A DNA stretch of 64,000 bases from Candidatus Margulisiibacteriota bacterium (GTDB lineage: Bacteria > Margulisbacteria > WOR-1 > JAHJIW01). The position numbers and the translations under genes were made by a program. This document shows, piece after piece, positions 10,039 to 20,997 of this stretch (position 1 is its first letter; every line of letters starts with the position of its first letter). The DNA lies in the NCBI GenBank assembly GCA_018823125.1, contig JAHJIW010000005.1, positions 67,562 through 131,561 of the forward strand, written 5' to 3'. The notes under the pieces are model-generated. The model ran no database searches and was not told the DNA's origin. It saw nothing but the letters and a program-made list of their open reading frames with translations.

Positions 10039-10294
10039 TTAAACTCACCTCCTTTATGTTGAGAGTTCTAGTCATGAAATTAAGCTCGATTATGCTAAAA
10101 CTCATGAATTAGGAGTATTATAAACATATTTATGAGTAAAAATCTACAATTATTTTAATTTTTTTCTCTGAAAAACCATTTTTTATCTCTAAGAAGTTTG
10201 CGGTATTTTGTTGATCGGCACGCTATTTATGGGTTTACGAACCAAAATGAATAGCTTACAATATTTACAGCTTATAAAACTGGAGATGATTGAT

Positions 10295-10684
10295 ATGCGA
10301 AAAATATTTTTATTAACTGGTTTGCTGGTTTTCACTTTGCTGATGGTTAGTTGTGTAGTATCGAAGACCCAATTATTTAATCAGGATGATAACGGCGGAG
10401 GGTTTACAGTTGAAGTAAATAAGGTTTTTAAAGTAACGCTGCCGGCTAACCCAACAACCGGTTACGGCTGGTATTTCAATAAGCTGGATACGGAAGCGTT
10501 TAAGGTGGTTGAGAGTGGTTATAATTCTGAATCGGATAGTCGGGTGGGGGCGGGTGGAAACAGCTGGTGGAAGATCAAAACGCTGGCTAAGGGCGAAAAA
10601 ACCTTAAGTTTATTATATTATCGATCGTGGGAGGGACCCCAAAAAGCGGTAAACCAATATGAAATTACATTAATTATAAAGTAA
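10295..10684 (+). CDS. Chagasin-family (I42) peptidase inhibitor lipoprotein
   Basis: NPTTGYGW motif characteristic of chagasin/I42. Start set to ATG at 10295 (MRKIFLL, RBS GGAG upstream), giving a signal peptide ending LLMVSC. Confidence 0.8.
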   Translation: MRKIFLLTGLLVFTLLMVSCVVSKTQLFNQDDNGGGFTVEVNKVFKVTLPANPTTGYGWYFNKLDTEAFKVVESGYNSESDSRVGAGGNSWWKIKTLAKGEKTLSLLYYRSWEGPQKAVNQYEITLIIK

Positions 10685-10733
10685 TTCAGTATCTAATTGC
10701 ATTTCCTCCCATATTTCCCTATAATGTATCGCC

Positions 10734-12098
10734 ATGTTCAAAAAAATCCTGATTGCTAACCGCGGCGAGATCGCCGTACGCATCATCCGGGCCTGTAATG
10801 AGTTAGGCATTAAAACCGTTGCCGTGTACTCAGCCCCCGACAAAGACTCACTTCACGTTAAACTGGCGGACGAAGCCTTTTGTATCGGTCCCGCATCCCC
10901 GGCCGAATCTTATCTGAACGTTCCCAATCTGATTAGTGTCGCCGAAGTTTCCGGTGCCGAAGCGGTTCATCCGGGATACGGCTTTTTGGCCGAAAACGCT
11001 AAGTTTGTGGAAATTTGTGAATCCCATAATATTGTATTTATTGGTCCCCCGATTTCGGCGATGGAAAAAATGGGGGATAAAGCGACGGCTCGCAAAACCG
11101 TGCAAAAAGCCGGAGTTCCGGTTGTTCCTGGATCGGATGGAACCATTTCCGATGAGGATGAGTTAAGGCAAGTAGTAGCTAAAATTGGTTACCCGGTAAT
11201 CATGAAAGCAACTGCGGGTGGTGGAGGAAAAGGGATGCGCGTTGCCAGAAACGATGATGAGCTGATCCGCTTCTTTAAAACTGCCCGGGTTGAAGCCGAA
11301 GCGGCGTTTGGCAACCCTGAAATGTATGTCGAAAAATTTATCGAAGAACCCCGCCACATCGAAGTTCAAATTTTAGCCGATAAACACGGCAATGTTATTC
11401 ATCTGGGTGAGAGGGATTGTTCGATTCAACGCCGCCACCAAAAATTAATCGAAGAAGCGCCTTCTCCAATTATTAATGAAAAACTGCGTAATAAAATAGG
11501 GGAGGCAGCGGTTAAAACGGCGAAAGCGGTTAAATATTATAGTGCCGGCACCATTGAGTTTTTATTTGATAACGGCAAATTTTATTTCATGGAAATGAAT
11601 ACCCGGATTCAGGTAGAACACCCGGTTACCGAAATGATCACTAATATTGATATTATTAAAGAACAAATTGCCATCGCGGCGGGCGAAAAGCTGCGTTTTA
11701 AACAAAAGGACGTTAAGTTTAGCGGGCATGCCATTGAGTGCCGTATCAATGCCGAAAACCCGGCAAAAAACTTTATGCCTTCACCGGGGGATATTCCGGT
11801 TTATCTGCCGCCGGGAGGTCCGGGGGTCAGGGTAGACAGCCATGCTTATCAGGGCTATACAATCCTTCCTTACTATGATTCTTTAGTTTCAAAGCTGATT
11901 GTCTGGGGAAATGACCGCACCGAGTGCATTCAGCGTATGCTGCGCGCATTAGATGAATATGTAATTGATGGAATCCATACTACGATTCCTTTCCACCAAA
12001 AAGTGTTAGAGCATGAAGCCTTTATTTCCGGAGATTTTAATACTAAGTTCATAGAAAAATACTTCAGTAATAATAAGGAAGCAGTTAAGCATGGGTAA
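10734..12098 (+). CDS. accC: Biotin carboxylase subunit of acetyl-CoA carboxylase
   Basis: 454 aa; [22 protein letters not shown]-terminus and ATP-grasp motifs. No accB seen adjacent. Confidence 0.9.
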   Translation: MFKKILIANRGEIAVRIIRACNELGIKTVAVYSAPDKDSLHVKLADEAFCIGPASPAESYLNVPNLISVAEVSGAEAVHPGYGFLAENAKFVEICESHNIVFIGPPISAMEKMGDKATARKTVQKAGVPVVPGSDGTISDEDELRQVVAKIGYPVIMKATAGGGGKGMRVARNDDELIRFFKTARVEAEAAFGNPEMYVEKFIEEPRHIEVQILADKHGNVIHLGERDCSIQRRHQKLIEEAPSPIINEKLRNKIGEAAVKTAKAVKYYSAGTIEFLFDNGKFYFMEMNTRIQVEHPVTEMITNIDIIKEQIAIAAGEKLRFKQKDVKFSGHAIECRINAENPAKNFMPSPGDIPVYLPPGGPGVRVDSHAYQGYTILPYYDSLVSKLIVWGNDRTECIQRMLRALDEYVIDGIHTTIPFHQKVLEHEAFISGDFNTKFIEKYFSNNKEAVKHG

Positions 12099-12489
12099 AA
12101 GGTCAACGGCCCGCCGTCTCGCCATGCAAGCCCTCTTTCAATCCGATCTGAGTGGATATGATATAGATAAAACCTTAAAAGATACTTTTGATACCGGTGA
12201 ATTTATTGACGACACCAAGTCTTTTTCAACTGAACTGGCTAAAGGTACCTGGGACCACAAAGACGAAATTGATAAAACTATTTCTGCTCAAGCAGTAGAC
12301 TGGTCTCTTGAACGGATGGGTGTGGTGGATCGAAATATTCTACGTCTGGGAATTTTTGAGCTTAAGTATCAAAAAGGAACGCCTGCATCCGTGATTATTA
12401 ATGAAGCGGTTGAACTGGCTAAAAAATTCGGCTCCGATGACTCGGCTAAGTTTATTAACGGTATCCTCGGCGCATTAGCCAAAAAATAA
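12091..12489 (+). CDS. nusB: Transcription antitermination factor NusB
   Basis: 132 aa; [10 protein letters not shown] motif; overlaps the accC stop by 8 nt. Confidence 0.9.
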   Translation: MGKRSTARRLAMQALFQSDLSGYDIDKTLKDTFDTGEFIDDTKSFSTELAKGTWDHKDEIDKTISAQAVDWSLERMGVVDRNILRLGIFELKYQKGTPASVIINEAVELAKKFGSDDSAKFINGILGALAKK

Positions 12490-12571
12490 CCCTCAAAAAA
12501 ATACCTTCCAAAAAGTGAAATTTCCCCGTAAATCTTCCGATAATAAATTGGAATAATCTTCATAAAGCGAG

Positions 12572-13690
12572 ATGAAAATGCCGGGAAGAAGTGCAGTAAT
12601 TTATAAACGTTCTCAAGCCCCCCGAATAGATAGTCAGCAATTTTTGGCTAAAAGTCGAGCGATTCGTACAACCGAAAATAGGGGGGTATTGGCCACAAAG
12701 ATGGATACCGATAGTGTTGATCAACCATCCCCGATAATTGGACTAACCGCACCTGATGCCAGAACTTTCAGATCAGTTTTATTCAATTTACTTAGCAATC
12801 CTGCCATTCAAGTTAATCCTAAAGCACTTAGGTTAACTGCATTCGAAGGGAAGTTTGGCCCACAACTGGATGCGATCGCCGCCCATCAACCCAAAGATGC
12901 TACAGACATATTAGATTTAACACAAGTCGAGGGTTGGAGCGAAGCCCACAACTTATCTGGCGATAAAATCGGTTTTCATTTGGTAAGCGGCGGACTAATT
13001 CCGCAATCTCCGATAGATCTTAGCTTTGCCCGGGCCTGGGCCATGTTTAATTTTACCCAATCGATTACCTCTGCTCAAGCAAGAATTGAAGAAAGTGATA
13101 AATTTTTTGCGCAAATTGTTCGTGAAATTGATGCTTTTGATAAATTAAACGAAAACCCTCTCTTGGACGAGAGCGGTCTTCCGCGGTGCGCTGATTCTGA
13201 ACTTTTGAGAAGAGAAGATTTTCATTTAAGATGTTTTCATAATGCAGGGATTGTTACCATCAAGGTGTCACGGGGAGACTTGACCGACCCGTATTTTGCG
13301 GTTGCTGCCCGGGATACGTATACTTTTTATAAACTGTTATCCAGGGGCCTGGTAAATTCGTATTATGATGGTGAAATAGGAAGGTTTAACGGGGCTTTTG
13401 CACGTTTCTTTGATGGGATTGCCGCACAAGAACACGATCCTAACTTTTCTTTAGCCAGTATTCCTGATTTTCAATGTAGCGTGCCTTTGGGCAGCAACGG
13501 AATTGATGTTGGGATCAGGACCCTCCCTTTAGGTTTAGGAAGGTACCAAGATGAAATTTCGTTTGCAAAAGTTTGGTTTACTTTTGAAACCGGAGGAAGA
13601 AATACTTCGGGACGTCAATTAGCTCAATCAGTGGTTGACGACATCTCAATCCAGATGCATATCCATGCCTCGCAGCTGGATAGAGGATAA
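12572..13690 (+). CDS. Hypothetical protein (372 aa), no family recognised
   Basis: Long open frame with A/T-rich third positions like neighbouring genes; no deaminase (HAE/PCxxC) or other known motif found. Weak RBS, so the true start is uncertain. Confidence 0.5.
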   Translation: MKMPGRSAVIYKRSQAPRIDSQQFLAKSRAIRTTENRGVLATKMDTDSVDQPSPIIGLTAPDARTFRSVLFNLLSNPAIQVNPKALRLTAFEGKFGPQLDAIAAHQPKDATDILDLTQVEGWSEAHNLSGDKIGFHLVSGGLIPQSPIDLSFARAWAMFNFTQSITSAQARIEESDKFFAQIVREIDAFDKLNENPLLDESGLPRCADSELLRREDFHLRCFHNAGIVTIKVSRGDLTDPYFAVAARDTYTFYKLLSRGLVNSYYDGEIGRFNGAFARFFDGIAAQEHDPNFSLASIPDFQCSVPLGSNGIDVGIRTLPLGLGRYQDEISFAKVWFTFETGGRNTSGRQLAQSVVDDISIQMHIHASQLDRG

Positions 13691-13765
13691 ATGCTTACTC
13701 TTGTTTTTCCGCATATTTTCAAGTAAAATGAAGGTTCTAGTTTTTCAAATTTAGGTGGAGGATCT

Positions 13766-14431
13766 ATGTTTACCGGCATCGTCCAGGAACTAGGCAAAAT
13801 CAAAAACATAACCCAAAAAAAGAACCTCAAAAGATTCTTTATTAAGTCAAAATTGGTAAAAAAAGAGCTTAAATTAGGGTCTTCGGTAAGTATTAATGGT
13901 GTATGTTTGACCGTGGTTGATCTTAAATGGGACTATTTTGCAGTGGAAGCGGTGGCCGAAACCTTAAGAACCACTAATTTATCTTCACTTCAGGCTGGCG
14001 ATACGGTTAATCTTGAACCGGCTCTACTGGCGACCGGTCGATTAGACGGTCATTTTGTCACCGGGCATATTGATACCCAGGGCACTATCACGAAAAGACA
14101 AACCGTTGGTCAGCAGGAAGAAATTTATATCAAAATCCCTCTCGAATTTCAAGCCCTGATGGTAAGCAAAGGATCTATTTGTATCGATGGTATCAGCCTA
14201 ACCATTGCGGCGATCAGAGGGGATACCTTTAAAGTAGTGATCATTCCGCATACCCTGAAAAACACGACCCTAAATCAAAAACAAGTTAATCAACTGGTGA
14301 ATATCGAATTTGATATTTTAGGAAAATACACTTTGGCTAAAACCAATAATTTGCAATTTTCTGATCAAAGCCAGCTTAAGGCTAAGCTCATTGAATATTC
14401 AAAATTTGCGTTCCGGGCCAATTTGAATTAG
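13766..14431 (+). CDS. ribE: Riboflavin synthase (alpha subunit)
   Basis: [11 protein letters not shown]-terminus and internal lumazine-binding repeat; RBS GGTGGAGGA. Confidence 0.9.
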   Translation: MFTGIVQELGKIKNITQKKNLKRFFIKSKLVKKELKLGSSVSINGVCLTVVDLKWDYFAVEAVAETLRTTNLSSLQAGDTVNLEPALLATGRLDGHFVTGHIDTQGTITKRQTVGQQEEIYIKIPLEFQALMVSKGSICIDGISLTIAAIRGDTFKVVIIPHTLKNTTLNQKQVNQLVNIEFDILGKYTLAKTNNLQFSDQSQLKAKLIEYSKFAFRANLN

Positions 14432-14439
14432 GTTTAGTT

Positions 14440-15642
14440 ATGAAATTTAGTACCATTGAACAAGCTATAACCGAAATTCGAAACGGCCGGATAGTGATCG
14501 TGGTTGACGATGAATCGCGTGAAAACGAGGGCGATCTGGTTTTGGCGGCAGAAAAAGTTACTCCCCAAGCCATCAACTTTATGATTACCCACGGTAAAGG
14601 TCTAGTTTGTGTTCCGATGCAGGGCGACCGCTTAGACCGGCTTGGCATCCAGCAGATGGTTTCTCAAAATACCGAAGCGATGCGTACCGCCTTTACGGTT
14701 TCCGTAGATGCCGCAAAAATGCACAAGGTTACCACCGGGATTTCTCCTGCGGATCGAGCTAAAACCATCGAGGTATTAATTAATCCGGCCAGTAAAAAAA
14801 GCGAATTAGTTCATCCCGGGCACATCTTTCCTTTGAGAGCATTTCCAGGCGGAGTGTTAAGGCGTGCCGGACATACCGAAGCCGCAGTCGATTTAGCTAC
14901 TTTGGCGGGCTTGTTTCCGGCCGGGGTCATCTGTGAAGTAATCAAAAAAGACGGCCACATGGCGCGCACGCCTGATCTTTTTAAGTTAGCTAAAAAACAT
15001 AACCTTAAAATTATCAGCATTGCAGATTTAATCCGCTACCGGATGCGCAAAGAGGGACTGGTTAAAAAAGTTACTAAGGCAAACTTGCCGACGCGTTTTG
15101 GGGATTTTACTTTAGTTACTTATAAAGATAAAATAAGCGGGGACATTCACCTGGCTTTAGTTAAGGGCAAAGTTTCCGGCAAAAAGAACGTACTGGTCAG
15201 AGTTCATTCCGAATGTTTAACCGGGGATGTTTTTGGATCGAAACGCTGCGATTGCGGAGATCAGCTGGAAATCGCGCTTAAAAGGATTAACCAGGAAAAG
15301 TCCGGAGTATTGTTATACATGCGGCAGGAAGGGCGCGGAATCGGCCTGGAAGCTAAATTAAAGGCTTATCAGCTGCAGGATCAGGGATTAGATACGGTAG
15401 AGGCCAATGAATCACTAGGTTTTGCTGCGGATCTTAGAGATTATGGAATCGGAGCACAAATTTTAGCGGATTTAGGATTATCAACCATAAAGCTGATGAC
15501 TAATAATCCTAAAAAAATAGTTGGCTTAGAAGGTTACGGATTAAAAATTGCAGAACGGGTTCCGGTTAAAATTGCGCCGAATCTGCATAACAAAAGGTAT
15601 TTGAAAACCAAACACGAAAAATTAGGGCATTGGTTGTCATAA
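14440..15642 (+). CDS. ribBA: Bifunctional 3,4-dihydroxy-2-butanone-4-phosphate synthase / GTP cyclohydrolase II
   Basis: 400 aa; DHBP synthase half ([11 protein letters not shown]) and GTP cyclohydrolase II half ([15 protein letters not shown]). Confidence 0.9.
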   Translation: MKFSTIEQAITEIRNGRIVIVVDDESRENEGDLVLAAEKVTPQAINFMITHGKGLVCVPMQGDRLDRLGIQQMVSQNTEAMRTAFTVSVDAAKMHKVTTGISPADRAKTIEVLINPASKKSELVHPGHIFPLRAFPGGVLRRAGHTEAAVDLATLAGLFPAGVICEVIKKDGHMARTPDLFKLAKKHNLKIISIADLIRYRMRKEGLVKKVTKANLPTRFGDFTLVTYKDKISGDIHLALVKGKVSGKKNVLVRVHSECLTGDVFGSKRCDCGDQLEIALKRINQEKSGVLLYMRQEGRGIGLEAKLKAYQLQDQGLDTVEANESLGFAADLRDYGIGAQILADLGLSTIKLMTNNPKKIVGLEGYGLKIAERVPVKIAPNLHNKRYLKTKHEKLGHWLS

Positions 15643-15658
15643 AAAGGAGGAATGAATC

Positions 15659-16123
15659 ATGGTAAAAATAATTGAAGGAAAGCTAAATGCAGAAGGGTTT
15701 AAGTTTGGGATCGTAGTTTCACGTTTTAATGAGTTGGTGTCTAAAGGATTGCTCGAAGGAGCGCTGGACTGCCTGAGGCGCCACGGAGCAAAAGATGCCG
15801 CCATCGATGTGGTATGGGCTCCGGGTTCTTTTGAAATGCCGATGGTGACCAAAATGATTTTGAAAAAGAATAAATATGATGCAGTCATCTGTGTAGGGGC
15901 TGTCATCCGGGGCAGTACTCCTCATTTTGATTTTGTGGCATCCGAAGCCGCCAAAGGCATTGCTAAAGTTTCTTTAGATTCTGCGGTACCAGTAATCTTT
16001 GGCGTACTCACCACCGATACACTTGAGCAAGCACTGGAAAGAGCCGGAGCAAAGCCGGGCAACAAAGGCTTCCAGGCCGCCATGTCTGCCATTGAGATGG
16101 CCAATTTAGTAGAAAGCATATAA
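15659..16123 (+). CDS. ribH: 6,7-dimethyl-8-ribityllumazine synthase
   Basis: 154 aa; [10 protein letters not shown]-terminal motif. Confidence 0.9.
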   Translation: MVKIIEGKLNAEGFKFGIVVSRFNELVSKGLLEGALDCLRRHGAKDAAIDVVWAPGSFEMPMVTKMILKKNKYDAVICVGAVIRGSTPHFDFVASEAAKGIAKVSLDSAVPVIFGVLTTDTLEQALERAGAKPGNKGFQAAMSAIEMANLVESI

Positions 16124-16143
16124 TTCCTTAAAAGGAGGCGACC

Positions 16144-17244
16144 GTGGCACAAGTTAAAATTGAAGGTGTAACCAAAAGATTTGATGATGTAGTAGCAGTA
16201 AAAAATGTTGATTTACATATTAAGGACCAGGAGTTTTTAGTTTTAGTTGGCCCTTCGGGTTGCGGAAAAACCACGCTGTTAAGAATGATCGCTGGTTTAG
16301 AAGAAATTTCCGAAGGAACCGTCTCGATTGGAGATTTAGTGGTAAATGACGTTCCTCCTAAGGATCGTAATATTGCCATGGTTTTCCAAAACTACGCACT
16401 TTACCCGCACATGAAAGTTTACGAAAATATGGCCTTTGGCTTAAAATTGCGCGGGCATTCTAAAAAAGAAATTGACCGACGGGTAGCCGATGCCGCCGAA
16501 ATTTTGGATTTATCTAATCTTTTAAAACGGCTGCCGAAACAGCTTTCCGGCGGTCAGCGTCAAAGAGTAGCTTTGGGTAGAGCCATCGTTAGACATCCTC
16601 AAGTATTTTTGATGGACGAGCCGCTTTCAAACCTGGACGCTAAACTTCGAGTGCAAATGCGTGCCGAGCTTAAAAAAATCCACGACCGCTTAAAAACCAC
16701 CATTGTTTATGTAACTCACGATCAGGTTGAAGCGATGACCCTGGGAGAGCGCATCGCAGTTATTTTAAAGGGCGAACTGCAACAGGTTGATTCGCCGCTC
16801 AAGATTTATGAAAAACCGGATAATCGATTTGTCGCTGGCTTTATCGGCAGTCCTCCGATGAACTTTATTAAAGGGGGATTAGCGCAGGAAGGCGACCGCC
16901 TGGTTTTTAAATGCTCCAGTTTTAAATTTCCGATCCCAAAAGATTTTGAGGAATTTATCAGGGAATACGTTGGTAAAGATGTTACGCTGGGGATTAGACC
17001 CGAAGATATTATTGATGCTAAAAACCAGGATTGGCTGACCGAGAAAATGGCGGTATCCACTAAAGTTAACTTTAGAGAGCTGATGGGATCCGAAACCTAT
17101 CTTTATTTAAAAGCCGGTTCCGAAAGCTTAGTATCCAGGGTGGACGCAATGTGTGATACGGCCTCCGGTTCAGCTTTTAATGTAGTAATAAATTTAAGAA
17201 AGATTCATCTTTTTGACTGCGATACCCAAAAAGTAATCTTTTAG
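16144..17244 (+). CDS. ABC transporter ATP-binding protein, MalK/UgpC-type (sugar import ATPase)
   Basis: Walker A GPSGCGKTT, signature LSGGQRQR, Walker B LMDEPLSNLD and a C-terminal TOBE-like domain. GTG start with RBS AAAGGAGG. No permease genes adjacent. Confidence 0.85.
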   Translation: MAQVKIEGVTKRFDDVVAVKNVDLHIKDQEFLVLVGPSGCGKTTLLRMIAGLEEISEGTVSIGDLVVNDVPPKDRNIAMVFQNYALYPHMKVYENMAFGLKLRGHSKKEIDRRVADAAEILDLSNLLKRLPKQLSGGQRQRVALGRAIVRHPQVFLMDEPLSNLDAKLRVQMRAELKKIHDRLKTTIVYVTHDQVEAMTLGERIAVILKGELQQVDSPLKIYEKPDNRFVAGFIGSPPMNFIKGGLAQEGDRLVFKCSSFKFPIPKDFEEFIREYVGKDVTLGIRPEDIIDAKNQDWLTEKMAVSTKVNFRELMGSETYLYLKAGSESLVSRVDAMCDTASGSAFNVVINLRKIHLFDCDTQKVIF

Positions 17245-17256
17245 TAGAAGATAGCC

Positions 17257-18720
17257 TTGGCAGAAGAAAAAATTGTAGAAAAACTTATCTTTGAATTATC
17301 GGACGAGGGAAACTGCGGAACCTTTCTCCCCGAACTAGATGTACCCCAGGTGAGCTTGCCCGAAAATTTATCCAGAAAAAACCTGCCGCTGCCCGAAGTT
17401 TCAGAAGTAGAAACCGTCAGGCACTTTACTAAGCTTTCTCGGTTAAATTTTGGCGTAGATTTAGGATTTTATCCTTTGGGATCCTGCACCATGAAGTATA
17501 ATCCCAAGATCAATGAAGAAATTGCAGCATTAGCTGGTTTTGCCAGGCTCCATCCATACCTGGAAGAAGATCAAATCCAGGGGATATTGGAACTCCTCTA
17601 TAACTTTGAGGAATATCTTAAAGCATTGTTTGGTTTTTCTGCCTATACTTTTCAACCCGCCGCCGGTGCCCACGGTGAACTTACCGCATTGATGATGATT
17701 AAGGCCTACCATAAAGACCAGAGACAGGAGACCAGAGATAAGATTATAGTTCCAGATTCTTCGCATGGGACTAATCCGGCGTCAGTTACTATGGTTGGTT
17801 TCAAATCGGTGGTAGTGAAATCAAATCCGCAGGGTGGGGTCGATTTAGATGCATTAAAAGCTGTGGTAGGTGACGATACCGCGGGTATTATGCTAACTAA
17901 TCCCAATACTTTAGGTCTTTTTGACGAAAATGTTATTAAGATTGCAGAGGTTATCCACAAGGCGGGCGGTCTTTTATACTATGACGGCGCGAATGCTAAT
18001 GCCTTATTAGGAAAATCACGTCCGTCCGATTTAGGTTTTGACGTTGCTCACTTTAATTTGCATAAAACATTTTCCACTCCGCATGGTGGGGGCGGGCCGG
18101 GGTCCGGTCCGGTAGGAGTAGCGGAAAAATTAGTTCCTTATCTTCCACAACCCAGAGTTATTAAAGAAGGTAATAAGTTCAAATTAAAAACTGCCGACCC
18201 AGATAAATCGATTGGCAAAGTGCATTCGTTCAATGGAAATATTGGAGTGATCATAAAAGCTTTCTGTTACGTAAGACTTTTAGGGAAAGCTATTCAAGAA
18301 GTCAGCGAAGATGCGGTTTTGGCAGCCAATTATCTTATGCAGAAGCTTAAAAAGTATTATTACCTGCCGTACGATCGAACCTGCCAGCATGAGTTTGTGC
18401 TTTCGGCCAAATGGCAGAAAGAAAAATATGGAGTGAAGGCTTTGGATATTGCCAAGCGGCTGATCGATTATGGAATTCATCCGCCAACCGTATATTTTCC
18501 TTTAATTGTTGAAGAAGCTTTAATGATTGAGCCTACCGAAACCGAGTCAAAAGCTACCCTGGACCGCTTTATTGAGGTGATGATTCAAATTGCCAAGGAA
18601 TGCGAACAAAATCCGGAAATAGTTAAATCATCACCTAAAAGTACTCCGGTTTCCAGGTTAAACGAAACCCAGGCGGCCCGTAATCCAAAACTAAAATGGG
18701 AACCCCAAACCTCAAAATAG
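17257..18720 (+). CDS. gcvPB: Glycine dehydrogenase (decarboxylating) subunit 2
   Basis: 487 aa; PLP-dependent GcvPB-like motifs ([27 protein letters not shown]). TTG start as given by the track. Confidence 0.85.
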   Translation: MAEEKIVEKLIFELSDEGNCGTFLPELDVPQVSLPENLSRKNLPLPEVSEVETVRHFTKLSRLNFGVDLGFYPLGSCTMKYNPKINEEIAALAGFARLHPYLEEDQIQGILELLYNFEEYLKALFGFSAYTFQPAAGAHGELTALMMIKAYHKDQRQETRDKIIVPDSSHGTNPASVTMVGFKSVVVKSNPQGGVDLDALKAVVGDDTAGIMLTNPNTLGLFDENVIKIAEVIHKAGGLLYYDGANANALLGKSRPSDLGFDVAHFNLHKTFSTPHGGGGPGSGPVGVAEKLVPYLPQPRVIKEGNKFKLKTADPDKSIGKVHSFNGNIGVIIKAFCYVRLLGKAIQEVSEDAVLAANYLMQKLKKYYYLPYDRTCQHEFVLSAKWQKEKYGVKALDIAKRLIDYGIHPPTVYFPLIVEEALMIEPTETESKATLDRFIEVMIQIAKECEQNPEIVKSSPKSTPVSRLNETQAARNPKLKWEPQTSK

Positions 18721-19406
18721 AGATATCTCCAAAATTTGCTGGGCCGCAAAACATGGCGGTCGACGTACAGCTTCTTAAGGACTTCGAAAAAGGTAAAATC
18801 GGCGCAACATTGCGAATTTACTCCTGGGCACCAGCTTGTTTATCTTTAGGCTATTCTCAAAAAAAAGAAAAATTACTAAATGAAAGATTAGTTAAACAAT
18901 ACGGCTGGGATGTAGTTAAACGCCCAACCGGAGGAGGAATTGTTTTTCATAACGAGGATGAGATTACATATTGTTTAATTTTACCTTATGATTTTAAAGG
19001 ATTACCGCAAGGATTAATCCCTTTATATAAGTACATCTCGGAGATTATTGTATCTGCACTTAAAAAGATTGGCGTACCTGCCGCAATTAGTAATAATGCA
19101 GCCCGCCGTGAAAATGCGGACCTTTGTTTTTCTTATCCGGCCGAATATGAAGTTGTAGCTAATGGAAAGAAAATCGTGGGGAGCGCTCAAAAACGCGGCA
19201 AAAGAGGCTTTTTACAACATGGGAGTATCTTTGTCACAAGAAAAAACTATGATAATTTTTTTAAAGTATTAAAAGCCGGATCAGCTACCGATCTCGAAAG
19301 TGCGATTTCGGTTGAAGAAGTTTTAGAAAAAAAAATCGATGATAAAGAAATTATTGCAGCGCTTAAAGAAAGTTTTACTTCTGTTTTTAATAGGAATACA
19401 ATATAA
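18696..19406 (+). CDS. Lipoate/octanoate-protein ligase family protein (BPL/LPL catalytic domain)
   Basis: [18 protein letters not shown] and [11 protein letters not shown] motifs typical of LipM/LplA-type enzymes. Overlaps the gcvPB 3' end; exact start uncertain. Confidence 0.7.
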   Translation: MGTPNLKIEISPKFAGPQNMAVDVQLLKDFEKGKIGATLRIYSWAPACLSLGYSQKKEKLLNERLVKQYGWDVVKRPTGGGIVFHNEDEITYCLILPYDFKGLPQGLIPLYKYISEIIVSALKKIGVPAAISNNAARRENADLCFSYPAEYEVVANGKKIVGSAQKRGKRGFLQHGSIFVTRKNYDNFFKVLKAGSATDLESAISVEEVLEKKIDDKEIIAALKESFTSVFNRNTI

Positions 19407-19408
19407 AT

Positions 19409-20854
19409 ATGGCCACCTGGCAGGAAACTTTTAAAAAAATCAATGAGTTCAAATACGAGCTGCCGAAATCCTTCCTTGAAGGGATGCGGGTTCCCGGCAT
19501 TATTTATGCCGATGAGCAGATGATGGATCATATTTTTTCGGAGAATGCGCATATCCAGGTTGCCAATGTGGCTTATTTACCTGGGATTGTCAGGGCGTCA
19601 CTGGCGATGCCGGATATCCATTATGGTTACGGTTTTCCGATTGGAGGCGTAGCGGCCTTTGATCCTGAAAACGGCGGGATCATTTCACCCGGCGGAGTTG
19701 GTTTTGACATAAATTGCGGAGTGCGAATCCTACGTACTGATCTTAAAAGAGAAAAAGTTTTACCCAAAATAAAAGATATGGTTTACGCCTTAGCCAATAA
19801 CGTGCCGTGCGGAGTGGGTAGAGTCGGATCCATAAAACTTAAACTTTCGGATTTAGAAAAGATTATGAAAAAAGGATCAACCTGGGCAGTAGAAAATGGT
19901 TACGGCTGGCAAGAGGATGTTATTCATACCGAGGGAAAAGGGTGTCTGGAAGGAGCTGATCCGGAATGCGTTAGCAGCCGGGCTAAAGAACGCGGTCTTC
20001 CACAGCAGGGAACCTTGGGTTCAGGCAATCATTTTGTGGAAGTGCAATACGTTCAAGAAATTTATGATGAGGCTGCGGCGCGCGTGATGGGGATCGAAAA
20101 AGACACGGTTACGATTATGATTCATAGCGGGTCGCGGGGATTAGGACATCAGGTCTGTACGGATTATATTTCGATTATGTTAAATGCGTCTCGAAAATAT
20201 GGAATTGCTCTTCCTGATCGCCAACTTTGCTGTGCTCCGGTTAATTCTCCTGAAGGCAATGAATATTTTGCGGCGATGGCTGGTGCAGCTAACTATGCCT
20301 GGACTAATCGGCAGATGATGATGCATTGGGCTCGAGAAGCTTTTGCGCAAGTAGTGGGCGGGACTCCGGAAAAACTAGGTATGGATCTTATTTATGACGT
20401 TGCTCACAATATCGCTAAAATGGAAATGCATAACGGAAAATTACTTTGTGTGCATCGCAAAGGGGCAACGCGAGCTTTTCCTGCCGGCCATCCGGAGATT
20501 CCAGAGGATTATAAGGAAATTGGTCAGCCGGTTATTGTTCCGGGGGATATGGGACGCTGTTCTTTCTTGTTAGTGGGAACGCAAAAAGCAATGGAAGAAT
20601 CATTTGGTTCGGTTTGTCACGGTGCCGGCCGGATGATGAGTAGAACCAAGGCTTCGCATACTTTTAAAGCTGATAAACTAGTTGCAGATTTAGCCGGTAA
20701 AGGAATTGTAGTTCACGGCGCCAGTAAACGGGGCCTATCCGAAGAAGCTCCGGAAGCCTATAAAGATGTACGGAATGTGGTAAATGTAGTGGAAGGCGCT
20801 GGGTTAGCCAAAAAGGTAGCCAAGTTAAAACCCCTCGGCGTAATCAAAGGATAA
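19409..20854 (+). CDS. rtcB: RNA-splicing ligase RtcB
   Basis: 481 aa; conserved metal-binding His/Cys residues (GSGNHF, DINCGVR). Confidence 0.9.
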   Translation: MATWQETFKKINEFKYELPKSFLEGMRVPGIIYADEQMMDHIFSENAHIQVANVAYLPGIVRASLAMPDIHYGYGFPIGGVAAFDPENGGIISPGGVGFDINCGVRILRTDLKREKVLPKIKDMVYALANNVPCGVGRVGSIKLKLSDLEKIMKKGSTWAVENGYGWQEDVIHTEGKGCLEGADPECVSSRAKERGLPQQGTLGSGNHFVEVQYVQEIYDEAAARVMGIEKDTVTIMIHSGSRGLGHQVCTDYISIMLNASRKYGIALPDRQLCCAPVNSPEGNEYFAAMAGAANYAWTNRQMMMHWAREAFAQVVGGTPEKLGMDLIYDVAHNIAKMEMHNGKLLCVHRKGATRAFPAGHPEIPEDYKEIGQPVIVPGDMGRCSFLLVGTQKAMEESFGSVCHGAGRMMSRTKASHTFKADKLVADLAGKGIVVHGASKRGLSEEAPEAYKDVRNVVNVVEGAGLAKKVAKLKPLGVIKG

Positions 20855-20997
20855 AAATCTCCGATTTTTCAAAAAAAATGCCTCTCAAACTGAAATTTCA
20901 TACCGGAAACGCAGATATACCAATGCAAAGAGGCAAACCCCGATTCGCCACGATGAACATATGCCCTGAAATAAATATTAACTAAGGAACAGGGCTT

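Noticed and set aside
12572-13690. Large structured RNA (OLE, RNase P, tmRNA) instead of a protein-coding gene
   Set aside because: The 1.1-kb uninterrupted frame has A/T-biased third codon positions like neighbouring genes. No RNase P motifs (GGAAAGTCC, ACAGAA) or tmRNA tag-like sequence were seen.
13480-13765. Possible FMN riboswitch upstream of ribE
   Set aside because: The gap before ribE is only 76 nt. The preceding sequence has a faint CTTCGGG...CTGGATAGAGGA resemblance but lacks the conserved GGGTGAAATTCCC and GACCGGCGGTAGT blocks, and lies inside a codon-biased ORF.
20855-20997. 35-codon ORF (MPLKLKFHTGNADIP...) in the rtcB-TPR intergenic region
   Set aside because: No Shine-Dalgarno sequence and no recognisable features; likely spurious.
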